The notes: generated by a model not told the origin, from the sequence alone. 64,000 bases of DNA from Eledone cirrhosa (GCA_964016885.1 OZ024740.1:404240001-404304000), one strand, 5' to 3'; counted from the first letter of the stretch, positions 27,558 through 41,426 are shown. Program-made: numbers and translations.

Positions 27558-27632
27558 GCTGTCTGATGATGTCACGACACTGGGTACACCGAAGAGGGTC
27601 ACCACTCTCGTCATTGAAATATGTTTCACAGC
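27558..27632 (+). ncRNA. Hammerhead ribozyme with extended stem II
   Basis: gctgt-CTGATGA-tgtcacga...tcgtcatt-GAAA-tatgtt-TC-acagc. Confidence 0.6.
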
Positions 27633-27678
27633 ATTATCATTAAAAGACTTTAACATCTGAAACTACTTTGGATTTTAT

Positions 27679-27713
<35 letters not shown>

Positions 27714-27717
<4 letters not shown>

Positions 27718-29529
27718 AACCAGTAAGACCCCGACAGCTGAGCTCAAGCCGTTTCGACGGCTAATTCTGGACTAAATGAAAATTTATCCTGGTATTTAAA
27801 TAGCCGATCTTTTCAAGGGGTAATTCCATATATGGTCAAAGTGATTGTCAAAAATCAGTAGTAATTCTGTGGTTGCAAATTAGTAGGGGAGATGGTGGCT
27901 AAACCTGCCAGTAGGAGAAAGAGGGGAGGGGGTGGAGTAGACCCAATCAAGCGTTTGTAGTGCCAGCTACAGCTGGGCATGAGGTCAAAGAAGATACAGG
28001 GGAGGGGGAGGGGGAGGAAGTCGGAACGGTAGGTAGAACAATGGGGGGTAGAAATATATAGGAAAGAAAAAATACTGAGAGTGAAGAAAAAAATGCTGTT
28101 TTACTCCTAAACAAGAAAGATGAACTGGTTACTGCATGTAAACATAGATTGCGTAGGACTTACCTCGCCCTCAAACCCCATAATGACCCGGGGGGGGGGG
28201 GGTAGACTAGGGCTATAACACCCCACTTGCCGATTTTGCAATGGGTAACCCCTGCTTGCCAAGGGAGACGTAAGATCTTCTTTGTATACTTTTATCGCTT
28301 CCTTAATTTCCTTCCTTCCCCCCTCTCTCCTTAGTCCTTCTACCCCAGCTCTTCTCCTTTGTCGGCGTCTTTTCTCGCCAACCCGAGGCTGCCCTTTGGC
28401 CCCTTGTAGCCTTAGTACCCCCACCCCCTCCCCTAGTCTAGGATAGATTTGGCGGACTCCGCCCTTTATAGCAGTTGGTTTAAACCCCGGATACTTGTTC
28501 CCTTTTTCCGACCGCTCCCACTATTCTCTGTGCCCTCTATATTTCTTAGTGGCACTTATGCCTTATTTTTTCGTTTCAGTATTTCTTTCTTCGCTTTTCT
28601 TTTGGGCGGGGTGGATTCTGAATTTATGTTTCCGTATTCTACCTTTACTTCGTACGAACTTTCATGTAGCTTGTTTTAGATCTTTTAGAGTTAGCATTAG
28701 TATATATTTTTCTCGGGACTCAGAATTATTATCTCGTATTAGTTCACTTTGCTGCACTGGGTGGTTGCTGGAATTGTGCCCGGGATGGAAACCTTTATTG
28801 TTTATTTCGTGGTAGTCTCTTTAGTATTTTGGCCCCTTTTGTTGACCCGTCACCGTATCATTTACGTACTTATACCTCTTAAAAGGGTCCTCGCCTATTT
28901 CGTCCCACCTAGTTCTTTTACTTATTTCGTTATTTCTTTATTTCTTTCTTTACTTCTTTCTTTCTTTATTTATTTATTTATTCTAGCCTAACAATAGCTA
29001 GAGACCTAGGTCGTAGAATTTAATTTACTTTACTTTTTTCTTTACACTCATTTGTTTTTCTTTACACTTATTTGCTTTTCTTCACTCTCAGTATTTTTTC
29101 TTTCCTATATATTTCTACCCCCCATTGTTCTACCTACCGTTCCGACTTCCTCCCCCTCCCCCTCCCCTGTATCTTCTTTGACCTCATGCCCAGCTGTAGC
29201 TGGCACTACAAACGCTTGATTGGGTCTACTCCACCCCCTCCCCTCTTTCTCCTACTGGCAGGTTTAGCCACCATCTCCCCTACTAATTTGCAACCACAGA
29301 ATTACTACTGATTTTTGACAATCACTTTGACCATATATGGAATTACCCCTTGAGAAGATCGGCTATTTAAATACCAGGATAAATTTTCATTTAGTCCAGA
29401 ATTAGCCGTCGAAACGGCTTGAGCTCAGCTGTCGGGGTCTTACTGGTTCCTATTACCCACTCTACTACCTCAAGTATTGAGTACTTTGGTGCGTTATGGT
29501 CCACCTGGTTCCTTACCACATTTCCTTCG

Positions 29530-29531
<2 letters not shown>
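27714..29531 (+). mobile_element. Family-A PLE, heavily truncated, with inverted 5' terminal repeat
   Basis: 27716-28100 inverted repeat; 28103 onward LLNKKDELVTACKHRLRRTYL plus full 3' repeat; HHRs at 27728-27821(-) and 29345-29438(+). Confidence 0.88.
29345..29438 (+). ncRNA. Hammerhead ribozyme, U3-A8 core variant (family A)
   Basis: acccc-TTGAGAA-gatcggcta...tagccgtc-GAAAC-ggct tgagctc agct-GTC-ggggt. Confidence 0.75.
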
Positions 29532-29567
<36 letters not shown>

Positions 29568-29570
<3 letters not shown>

Positions 29571-29781
29571 AACGAGTAGGACCCCGACGGCTGAGCTCAA
29601 GCCGTTTCGACGGCTAATTCTGGACTAAATGTGCAGAATTAGTCCAGAATTAGCCGTCGAAACGGCTTGAGCTCAGCCGTCGGGGGTCCTACTAGTTCCT
29701 ATTACCCACTCTACTACCCTAAGTATTGAGTACTTTGGTGCGTTATGGTCCACCTGGTTCCTTACCACATTTCCTTCGTTA
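29568..29781. mobile_element. Family-A mini fold-back (~210 bp)
   Basis: Two inverted copies of the HHR 3' half joined at tgtgcagaa; (TA)n on both sides. Confidence 0.8.
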
Positions 29782-30868
29782 TATATATATATATATGGGG
29801 GTGGGGGTGGGGGGGTGAATCTCATGGTCAACACTCAGATGCTCATAAGTAAGGCGGCGTCACATCATATGTCCGCAGACAACTGATCTGGTAGACACGT
29901 ACTTTCCTGCCTTGGTTGCTATGGAAGCCATTAACTACCAACCTAGAAATATTTACTTTTCATAACATATTGGACGGGCTTTTCTATCGTTTGTATAACC
30001 ATATATGTGTCTGCATGTATGTGTGTCTGTCTGTGTGTGTCGGCTCGTGTGTTTGCTTGTATGTGTGACATGTATATATGTCCCGGAGGCCAGGTCTAAT
30101 ATTAGGTACACCAGGGGAATATTAAGGTATCTAACCAGGGGAATTTAGGCCCCCCCATAAAGCAAAGTGGGATCTTCGGTTGTGTCGATGACAGACAGTC
30201 TCCTTAATGTTGATACCATCATAAAACGCACCTAGCACTGAAAATGGTTGGCTTAGGAATGACATCCAACTGTAAAAACCATGCCCAAAAATGTTTGGGA
30301 GGACTCTTCAGTTTTGATATTTGCACGACAAACGGAGAGGTGGGGATACCGAAAGAGATGGAGGCGTTGGCAGTGGAAGTTCGGCTCTTCCGTGTTCGGA
30401 TTACATTTATCATACGGTAGGTTTTATGTACTTGCTATGCATGTTTTATTCAATGATGTTCATTGCCTGGATGGACTAATGTCTACAGAGAATAGATAAC
30501 ATTCTCTCTCGCCCTAAACAATTTCTAGTTTGACAAATCAAAAATATCATCTCCGCAATAACAACAAAACCACCTCACTAGTGCTAATGCCACGATACTA
30601 CGTACTCAGTGAAGAAATCTGTGTAAGTGAGACGCGTCTGTGAGGTCAGTAGCTTCGATGAATTACATACTTGTTCTGTGAAGACCGTTCGAACACGAAA
30701 AGAGAAAACAGACGTTAAATGATGATAAAGATGATGGTGGTGATGATACTCGCACGTATTAACATGTATTGTCAGACCTTCGTGTACTTCCAGATGAGAT
30801 AAACATATTTTTCTATTAATATACTAAGAACTGACAGTTGTTTATATATATATATATATATACACATA

Positions 30869-30906
<38 letters not shown>

Positions 30907-30910
30907 CATA

Positions 30911-31648
30911 TGTAACGGAATATTTGTGTGGTTGTAACGATAAGTGGATGGATGTAACTGTTGGTATGGTGGTTTCGATATAAAGAAAAATACCAGGATT
31001 GTGTTGTTACAAAGTTTATTTTATTATAACAATATTCAATTTGAATATTGAATGATAAAATCAATAACACAAAATATTCGTACAATAGTTTGGTGGATCT
31101 TCGAGCCACGTAAATACAAGTATCACAGAATAAGATTATAATATAATTTGTATAGCATCCGAAAGATACAACGTGAATAAACAGAAATGGTGCGTGTGAA
31201 GATGCAAACAGTGTGAACTTACTATGAATGCGTGTTTGCGTATCAGTATATTTGCTTGTAGGAGTCAGCGATCAGCCAAGCAGGTGAGAATAAGTGACAG
31301 ACTGGTATTTCGTGACGAGAGCTTGTAAATGCTACTTGTCTTGTCTGTATATAACTTCTTTTCTGCCGGGGCGTAAACAACCCCTGCATTTACAAGGGTT
31401 GAAAGTTAGAAGGATAGATATATCCTCTGAACTTTGGTTAGAGCCTCCCAAGGGATTAGTTTGCCAAGCGTAAACAAGTCAGAAAGATGTATATATCCTA
31501 TGACCTATTTTCTGTCAGGCGTAAACACCTCTGACCTGTGTTTAGCCTCTCCCAAGGGGTTAGTCTCTTGAGCGTAAACAACTTACCACGGCTTGTCCCA
31601 GAGGAAGGGAAAGCTCAGATTCGGTTTCGAATCTTCGCCGCCGTTATA
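30911..31648 (-). mobile_element. 3' LTR of a Gypsy retrotransposon
   Basis: Inverted ends tgtaacgg / ccgttata; polypurine tract (rc gaagggggtac) at 31649-31659. Confidence 0.7.
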
Positions 31649-32019
31649 GTACCCCCTTCAAGTGAGACAGCTAAGATTGAACGATCTAGGTGCATGTGAA
31701 ATAAAGATAGGTATGACTAGGTGTGTGTTGAAGAAAATAAGTAAAAAAAAAAATAAAAAAAAACACATGAAAATCATTTACAAACAGGCGAAATGAAAGA
31801 AAACATACAAAGCAAAAGAAATTTACATGCAGGACTATGTACTGTGATGTTACATAAAATTGAAAATGTTCGTACGAAAAGTTTGTTGATTAAAAGTTCG
31901 TTCATTTCATAGAAACGGAAAAATGATCTTTTGATGTGTGTGATGCACAGAGTCAATTGATTTGTGTGTAGCAATATTTCATGACCACAGAAATTGGCCG
32001 ATTCGTTGAAATGTACAAA

Positions 32020-33330
32020 TTAGCCGAAATGTCGACCAGATGCATAATATGTACTTACCCGATAAACTTGTATGTATCGCGTGGGCCATCGAACTGTTCT
32101 TCCAGATTTGGTGTGTCGGGGTTGTGCAGAATTTGTCATGTTTGTGTCGGGCAAAGTTGTTGGTGAGTCTGCTGGAGAAACGGTTGGTAGTGGTGGAAAT
32201 TCCTGTTCTATGAACGCTTTTTTTAAACGATCAATGGAGGCGACATTTCGTTTCCCGTTCAAGTCGAGGACGAAATACTTAGGGCGTTTCTGTATCACCT
32301 TATAGGGCCCAGAATACGGCGGACGAACTTGCGATGGAATACCGTCGTTTCTAACGAAAACATGCGTCCATGTATCGATGTCTTTTGGTATGTGTGAAGT
32401 AACGTGCTGTTGTTTAGGGGTTGAAGGAGACAGATGCGACATCGATGACCGTAAACGGTGCACATATTTTGTAGGGTCTGGAAGTTCTTGTGGCGAAACA
32501 GGAGCGATCATTTGTCCGGGTAGAGTGAGTACGGTGCCATACACCATTTCAGCCGGAGAATGTCCGACTCCCTCCTTAACAGTAGAATGAATCGAATATC
32601 AAGTAGAATGAGTGGGAGGTATTCGAACCAGTTAGTGGAGTCTTCGTAAGCCTTGATAGATGCTTTTAGCTGGCGGTGGAAGCGTTCTACCATGCCGTTA
32701 GCGGCAGGGTGATACGCTGTTGTACGGATGTGTTTGCACCCGAGGAGACGAGTCAGCTCGGTAAATAGATGCGAATCGAACTGACGTCCTCTACCGTAGT
32801 GATGGTCGCGGGTGTGCCGAAACGCGAAACCCAGTGAAACACTAGCGTTTTGGCGACAGTTTCCTCAGTAATATCCGTCAGGGGAAAAGCTTCTGGCCAG
32901 CGAGAAAATCGGTCTACACAAGTGAGAAGATGAGTGTAGTTGTGAGAAGGAGGCAAAGGTCCAACGATGTCTATATGCACATGTTGGAACCGTGCATCAG
33001 GTTTTGCGAAAGAACAGGTCGGGGCTTTGATGTGCCGGTGAATTTTCGCCTTCTGGCACGCGATACAGTTCCTAGCCCATTCGCGGGTGTCCTTGTTGAT
33101 GTTGGGCCGATGTTTCCGGGGCACGTATGGGCGCTCGTGGCCTGTGGAGATATCGCACCAAGTATAACCCGAAGAAGAGGGCAGCGGGCATTGCTGCAAT
33201 TTCAAGGATGATTTCCGGAGTTGCAGCAGTTCCTCGTCATTCTGTTGATCCGCTGCAATCTTCTGGAGGTCGATAGTGGCAGTGGTGTGGATTGCGTTAA
33301 GCTTCATGCGCGATAGGGCATCAGCTGCTG
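32020..33330 (-). pseudogene. Gypsy pol fragment (integrase), frameshifted and cut by a family-B PLE
   Basis: [61 protein letters not shown]. Confidence 0.9.
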
Positions 33331-33335
33331 AGAAA

Positions 33336-33844
33336 GACGCATCACAAATCACAGAGGCAATAAACATAAATGAACTCCATCCAAAATTAAATAGAAAACA
33401 TGAATGGAATAGCAACATCACAACTTACAATTAAGGACAAAATGAAAACACACACTCACATAGAACAAACAACCAACCAGTAACATGTAAATAAACAAAT
33501 AAAAACACACACAGACACCCGGATGTAACACATTCGCAAACTAAGCACACAACACACACAAAAACAAGATGGCGTAGGACAGAACAAAGGAGAGGCACAA
33601 AACAAAGAAAAGAATCCCCACTCACTGAAGAGGTCAGAGAATGTGTGACGAAAGAACTTTGACAATATATAAACAACCATCCGGTTGTGGAACCAACCAA
33701 CCAACCGGAAACTTATAATAAATTGAAGTGAAAGCAACTGGTGCGTGTGTTTCTTATTGGCAACATGACCCTCCCAAAGTATAACTATATCGGTTTCAAC
33801 ACACGTTTTCAGATAATGAATCTTGCTAAACAAATTCAGAAACG

Positions 33845-33848
<4 letters not shown>
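33336..33848 (+). mobile_element. Family-B PLE 3' end (endonuclease tail plus terminal repeat, HHR-like motif 33622-33662)
   Basis: [19 protein letters not shown] matches 49028-49095; terminal repeat matches 8833-9525. Confidence 0.8.
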
Positions 33849-33917
<69 letters not shown>

Positions 33918-33918
33918 C

Positions 33919-33970
<52 letters not shown>

Positions 33971-34245
33971 CAATAACAGAGATAGCTTAACGCTAAACTC
34001 CGACTGGCAACCATCTCACTCAACAAACATTAGGTTATATGTTAGTATAACCGAATTTATGTGTTTGGGGTGCTAACTATATGTATTTTGTGGAAAGCCA
34101 GTTGTATTATTTTATGAGATATAATTAAAGTTAAAATGTGTGTGTGTGTGTGTGTGTGTGTGTTTCGTTTCTGAATTTGTTTAGCAAGATTCTTTATCTG
34201 AAAACGTGTGTTGAAACCCATATATATATATATATCTTTAAGTAA

Positions 34246-34317
<72 letters not shown>

Positions 34318-34784
34318 GGGGGGAGAGGGGGGGAGATAGAGAGAGAGAAGTAAACAGTTCTACTATTCGTCCTCAACAAACTTAAAGTTTGTAAAATGAG
34401 TAATTCGGTCAATACTTCGTGCTAACAATAGACATTAGCTAGTTTAGCTCCTTTGATTCAATTTCAACTTTAAATTTGGTAACTGAATTTTAGTGATAGT
34501 AAGTAATAAACTGTTGACATTTTTATCATTTATGCTGAGTTTTCGACAGACTAATCCACGCTTCCCGGTCCACAATGTTTAGTTCGTTCAAAAGTAAAAT
34601 GGCTTGAAAAAATGCTCTAAATCGAATACTAGGATGCCATATACAAACTTGTTCGTAAGTTTACATAAGAAAGTCGATTGAAATAAACACCACAACTTTA
34701 GATATAGTCAACAATAATGGAGAAGGTGCATTTCAACATTGTTTAGAATATACTTTCCAGGATATACTTTCCAGGATATACTTT

Positions 34785-35880
<1,096 letters not shown>

Positions 35881-35904
35881 ATGTATGTATGTATATGTAT
35901 ATAT

Positions 35905-36516
35905 TATGTCAGATCACCACTTGGTGCTACTGGTAACATGAATCCCAGTACAACCTGTCTCATGGTCGGGTCGTTGGCGACTAAACTGGCAACCCCACCA
36001 AGGTTTCTTGGTGAGGAGGGTGACTTTGGACATCCTGCAGGACTAAAAACAAAACCTGTCAAAGGGCCAAGGAGCTCTTAAGAGTCGATGGCCATCCAAA
36101 ATCACCGGGAGAGATGACTCCTTAGCCTTTATCAAGGCAGAATTCTAGGAGAAGGAAAACTCTGATATAACACCTGCAACTCTGATGGTATCCAATGATG
36201 TTGACTTGTTCTTCTTTTTGGTAAATATCATCTTGGTTAAGAGAGTGGGACTGGCTTTGTGCAGTGCTTTTGCTCACTATAAAAGCTTCACGGCACAGGC
36301 ATTGCTTTATATCTGGAGATCTCTCTGCACTTGTCGTCACATGGTACCATGGGCCCAGCACTGTGTCAATAATTGTCACAGGTGTAGGGTTTGTACCAGA
36401 GTTTTCAAGTCGCTGGCTGGACTAAAAAGTCACACTCGTTCAGCGCATCGGTAGGGGTTCTCCTACATGGATATAAAGTAGTGGTTGTACTCGAAAACGA
36501 GTTGGCAGCCACCATA
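35905..36516 (+). mobile_element. ~600-bp non-autonomous retroelement with an RTE-like 3' end (C2H2 remnant)
   Basis: Highly similar copy at 54517-55077(-) and 5' part at 55545-55725(-); CRVCTRVFKSLAGLKSHTRSAH. Confidence 0.65.
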
Positions 36517-36520
36517 TGTA

Positions 36521-36656
<136 letters not shown>

Positions 36657-36868
36657 CTATGTTTGAGAGAGAGAGAGTGATTGAAGTTAGGTTTGTGCGT
36701 TCACGACATTAATTACTCGATTGCTTAATGGGATAATGAAAGTAATTATATCTATTTCTGAAACATCTCTTAACCCATTCACCATCCTGTTTATATTGAA
36801 GAGCCAAATAATTTACCAGCAACCAAGGTATTGACTGATCGATTCTCTTTTGTGCTTATCACTTTATT

Positions 36869-36925
36869 TCACGCATCTAAGTACTAAGTACTAACTAGGC
36901 TCGACGTTGCTTAACTTCGGAGATC
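36869..36925 (-). pseudogene. 5S rRNA internal fragment
   Basis: Reverse complement gatctccgaagttaagcaacgtcgagcctagttagtactta(gtactta)gatgcgtga matches the 5S box A to box C region. Confidence 0.7.
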
Positions 36926-36932
36926 ACATGAT

Positions 36933-37797
36933 GTGAAGGCGCATGGCTTAGTGGTTAGAGCATTGGACTTGCAATCGAAAGGTTGTGAGTTCAATTCTCG
37001 GACCGGGTGATGTGTTGTTTCCTTGAGCAAGACACTTTATTTCACGTTGCTCCAGTTTACTCAGCTGTAGAAATGAGATGATAGGACTGGGGTCCCAATC
37101 ATTAAATCACCCAAGACACCTCCAACGAGATATACCTTGGAGGAGGCCAGCTAAACCTGCATAGATGTGAGCTGTCACACACACACTTTATTTCACATTG
37201 CTTCTTCTACCTAGAGTTGCGACCGATAGATAGTATTAGCAATTGGAAAGACCAATGGAAACATTATTTCCTCGGTCCGATTTGACGAAAGTCGATCGAC
37301 TGTCGATATATATATATATACGCTCTCACTATGGACACCTCTGGTGTCCTCGGTTTTCAGCTGGGCCGGATTTAATGAGTGGGGAGAAAGGGAGCAATTG
37401 TCCCTGCCTCCCACTGTGGAGGGGCTCACCAGTAACGGCCGTAGCAATTTATTTGTGCCCTCTGCTGGGATTTTTAGTTTTATCCCTTTGACAACAGGAA
37501 CTATATTTTTAACAAAAAGTATTTAATGTCCTTACTGTGTGTGTGTGTGTGTGACAGCTCACATCTATGCAAGTTTAGCTGGCCTCCTACAAGGTATATT
37601 TCGTTGGAGGTATCTTGGGTAATTTAATGATATGGACCCCAGTCCTATCATCTCATTTCTACATCTGAGTAAACTGGAGTAACGTGAAATAAAGTGTCTT
37701 GCTCAAGGAAACAACACATCACCCGGTCCGAGAATTGAACTCACAACCTTTCGATTGTAAGCCCAATGCTCTTAACCACTAAGCCATGCGCCTTCAC
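36933..37797. mobile_element. Inverted pair of tRNA-derived SINEs (36933-37190 +, 37537-37797 -)
   Basis: gaaggcgcatggcttagtggttagagc...gagttcaattc...ccttgagcaagacacttt; third copy at 58442-58625. Confidence 0.8.
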
Positions 37798-37939
37798 ATT
37801 TTACTGCGGCAAAATTCATCACATTTTCTTAATTTTAGAGACAACAGGTAATCAGAACAATGTTCTAATAAAAAATATTTGATGTCGCTATGTAAAGTGG
37901 TTGTGCCTGTATTGCAAAAATTAATGCGCTAAAGTGGTT

Positions 37940-38078
37940 ATGTTAGGAAGGGCATCCAGCCTTAGAAACCATGCCAAATATGTTATGTATGAGCAAGATG
38001 AAGTCACTCCGATATGTCTGGTCTTGGACTGCGACAATCTGTCCAACACATGCCAGTGTAGAAAGTGGACATAAAATA
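37940..38078 (+). mobile_element. SINE 3' fragment (octopus-type repeat)
   Basis: ggaagggcatccagcc.tagaaacc...ctgtccaacacatgccag, recognised from recall only. Confidence 0.5.
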
Positions 38079-38109
38079 AGGATAATTAGATTTTGGGAAT
38101 TTAATACCT

Positions 38110-38592
38110 GTTTGTCGTCAACCAACTCTAACGGCTTCACGACTTCATTAGTAATCTTCTCTGGCTTCTTAATATTCTCTACCAGATACTTCGTCTTAAT
38201 CTCATTCATTCTCAGCCCCACACTCATCAACACAGTCTCCACCTCCTGCATCAACTCCTCTGCTTCCTTCACTGTGTTTGTCACCAGAACTATGTCATCG
38301 GCAAATTCAGCATCCGATATCTTTTTCGCCTTAACACTCCTGCTCTGAGCCAGTGTTACGGTAAAGCCAGAGTCCTGGTGTTTCTCCAGCGCAAGGCGCA
38401 TACAATAGTCCACTGTGGGAGCTCCTGCATGGACACACTGGAAGAGGAAGATCGAAGTTAACATATGTTGATGCCTTAAAGACAGACACTGGTCTGTTGG
38501 AGACGCAGGACATGGCAGTGATAATGAGGGACAGAGACCGCTGGAGAGAACTCGTCCATGGATCTCGGGAATTTTACCCGTCCTAGATAGAT
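38110..38592. mobile_element. RTE LINE insertion with 5' inversion (RT fragment on -, 3' end on +)
   Basis: DAEFADDIVLV...VGLRMNEIKTKY on - abuts the 3' end homologous to 1680-1860 on +. Confidence 0.65.
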
Positions 38593-39404
38593 ACCTGTAT
38601 CTATAACGATTCAATTCCAATTACTTGCACCAGCTGTAAAACTAGGGATTTGTTGTGTATTCTATTTCTTTTTTTTTTTTTTTTTGTATGAGGGCTCCTC
38701 CTCCAAACCTGAAGTGCCCGCCCCGGACCACGTATGGTCTAAACCCGCCCCTAGTCTTTAGATTGCTGTTTTCTTTCACTAAATAGGGAGGAGGGTCTCA
38801 CGCCTGAGGAAAGATCCCACGATGTATGAAAGCTGTGTTGGTATCATTGACTGTTCTCTGCGGCAACACATTCGTCATCGAGTCTGTGGGGCGCAGCTGT
38901 TCAGTCAGGGGTGTAGAGTTTGTCTCACCTCATTTCTCTTTTCGTATTTTTTGTCATAATTATATAAACGTACTTGAAATAAATTTCACATTCTCTTTAA
39001 AGGCCACACTCTTAACAACTTAACAACTGTCGCGTAAATAGTTGAGACAGTTCTTTCAAATACAGGTATATTAATAGAAACCGTTAGAGAATGCGGCTGA
39101 ATGTGGGAATTAATTTCACTGTACGCTGTGACATAAAAAAGAAAATGGTATAATTTGGTCACTGAAACATGTGAGAGGAAGCAATTAATGATATAATGTG
39201 AGGAAGGGCTAAACGGAGATGACCGACATTTCACCGTTGCTTTGAACTTAATGAGATAACATATAAAGAGGGTGGCGAGAACGAAGATGAGGAGGAGAAA
39301 CAGAAAGTGGATGAGGAAAAGTTCGAGAGAGGTAGCAAACTAGAGAAAGAGAGAATTACACTGAAAAAGAAAATGGAGAGGAGTTTATAACTGGAGAGAC
39401 GTTG

Positions 39405-39450
<46 letters not shown>

Positions 39451-39475
39451 CAGAGAGAGAGAGGGGGGGCAGATA

Positions 39476-39547
<72 letters not shown>

Positions 39548-39549
39548 TA

Positions 39550-39622
<73 letters not shown>

Positions 39623-39672
39623 GGGGAGAGAGAAGCAGGTAGACACAGATAGAAAGACAAGCAGACAGCTAG

Positions 39673-39729
<57 letters not shown>

Positions 39730-39767
39730 GAGAGAGAGAGAGAGGGGGGAGAGAGAGAGAGGGGGGA

Positions 39768-39813
<46 letters not shown>

Positions 39814-40204
39814 TACGACGCTTTAGAATTTCTTTCACTCTACCACCTAGATGTGACGATGATGATTTCTTTCAGAAAGCCCCCGTTTATAACTCTTTAT
39901 TATTAATACTTAGTGCAAAATATCGCGGGTTATCCCTCCCAGATCATGCCTTGCTTTTTCAAAATGTAAAAGCTGACTAAATTGAGCTATGTAGCTATAA
40001 ATGCATTATATCTAGGGGAAATGAAATAGGGTATCTTATGTGTGTGATCGGTGGTGACTCGAGACTAAAAACAAGTACAAATTCTTATAAATAAAACCAT
40101 CCTTCAAAGATAAAAAAATTAAATACGACTTTATATCACTCTATAGAAGAAATAGCAATGATATTATACGCAGATATATATATATACATGTAGATATGAT
40201 ACAT

Positions 40205-40670
40205 AAAATAAAATCGTATATAATACATAGAAATTGAACGATTTTTTGAGGCGTTACGTCAGACCGATTTCCTTGAAATTGTAACTATGTATTAGTCAGT
40301 CTCTTTTTCATACCGTAAGCAAAGAAAATCCAACTTTCTTATAGCCTAGGGCCATTAGGTGAAAAACTTCATTTTTTCAGCTTCTTATGGCTTTTTGGAG
40401 GCGTTACGTCTAGCCGATTTTCCCGAAATTTAAAGGCATATTATGCACACATAAAAAATTCATTTTCTTGATTCCCTAGGACCCCATTAGGTGAAAACCT
40501 GCATTTTTCCTGCTTCATCGAGGAAAATCTTAAAGATTATCCAGCCATCAGAGTATTCGGTTTATTTTCTTTACATATTGTCCAGGCATGCAGTTTTTCC
40601 ACGATTAGGTCTGTTGGCGGCCCGTGTTCCAAAATACCTTACCCGTGCAACGCCGAGTAACACTGCTAGT
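40205..40670 (+). mobile_element. Non-autonomous Helitron-like element
   Basis: Internal ~170-bp imperfect duplication; 3' hairpin cccgtgcaacgccgag followed by CTAG|t. Confidence 0.6.
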
Positions 40671-40692
40671 ATGTATATATATATATATATGA

Positions 40693-40741
40693 GATTCTAC
40701 AGGACTAGAACTGTTTCATTCTTTAGAAATCATCAGGAATC
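40693..40741 (-). ncRNA. Solo hammerhead ribozyme (same family as 440-490)
   Basis: Reverse complement: gattc-CTGATGA-tttctaaagaat-GAAAC-agttctagtcct-GTA-gaatc. Confidence 0.8.
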
Positions 40742-40755
40742 AACCGGGAATAACG

Positions 40756-40787
<32 letters not shown>

Positions 40788-40810
40788 TATATATATACAT
40801 ATATATATAC

Positions 40811-40880
<70 letters not shown>

Positions 40881-41244
40881 ATAAAAATAGAATTAATATA
40901 TATTAATATATATATTAATGGCAATAAAAGTAGAATTTCTATAACAGCTGTTTTCCTTATATATATATATATGTATTTGTGGTCACACATACACTAATAT
41001 GTTTGCCTTCATGTATGTACTTATGCACACATGTTTTCACTATACACATGCAGTTGTACATACACACACATTTACATATGTACATATGTATGTGCATATA
41101 CACATATTTACACACATCCCCTTACTATATTTCTTTATTTTTATTTTTTATAAATTCTTGTATTATTACTTTTATTTATTTTTGCCCGTTAATCTTTTTT
41201 AGCCTTTCTTGAGAATTTTCAAATATCTCACTATGTTTAAATTG

Positions 41245-41312
41245 CCTTGTCTGACGAACGAATGCGGACGTTTCTTGTATCCGTCTTATTCGGCAAACCT
41301 CTGGTAATGAGG
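41245..41312 (+). ncRNA. Degenerate hammerhead ribozyme
   Basis: ccttgt-CTGACGA-acgaat...attcg-gcAAAC-ctctg-GTA-atgagg; GAAA core altered. Confidence 0.45.
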
Positions 41313-41340
41313 TAATTATATTGTATTGTTTATTATACAT

Positions 41341-41423
<83 letters not shown>

Positions 41424-41426
<3 letters not shown>

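Noticed and set aside
36933-37010. Functional tRNA genes at SINE heads (also 1416, 5181, 20625, 50398)
   Set aside because: A/B boxes are present but no clean cloverleaf, and each continues into a repeated SINE body.
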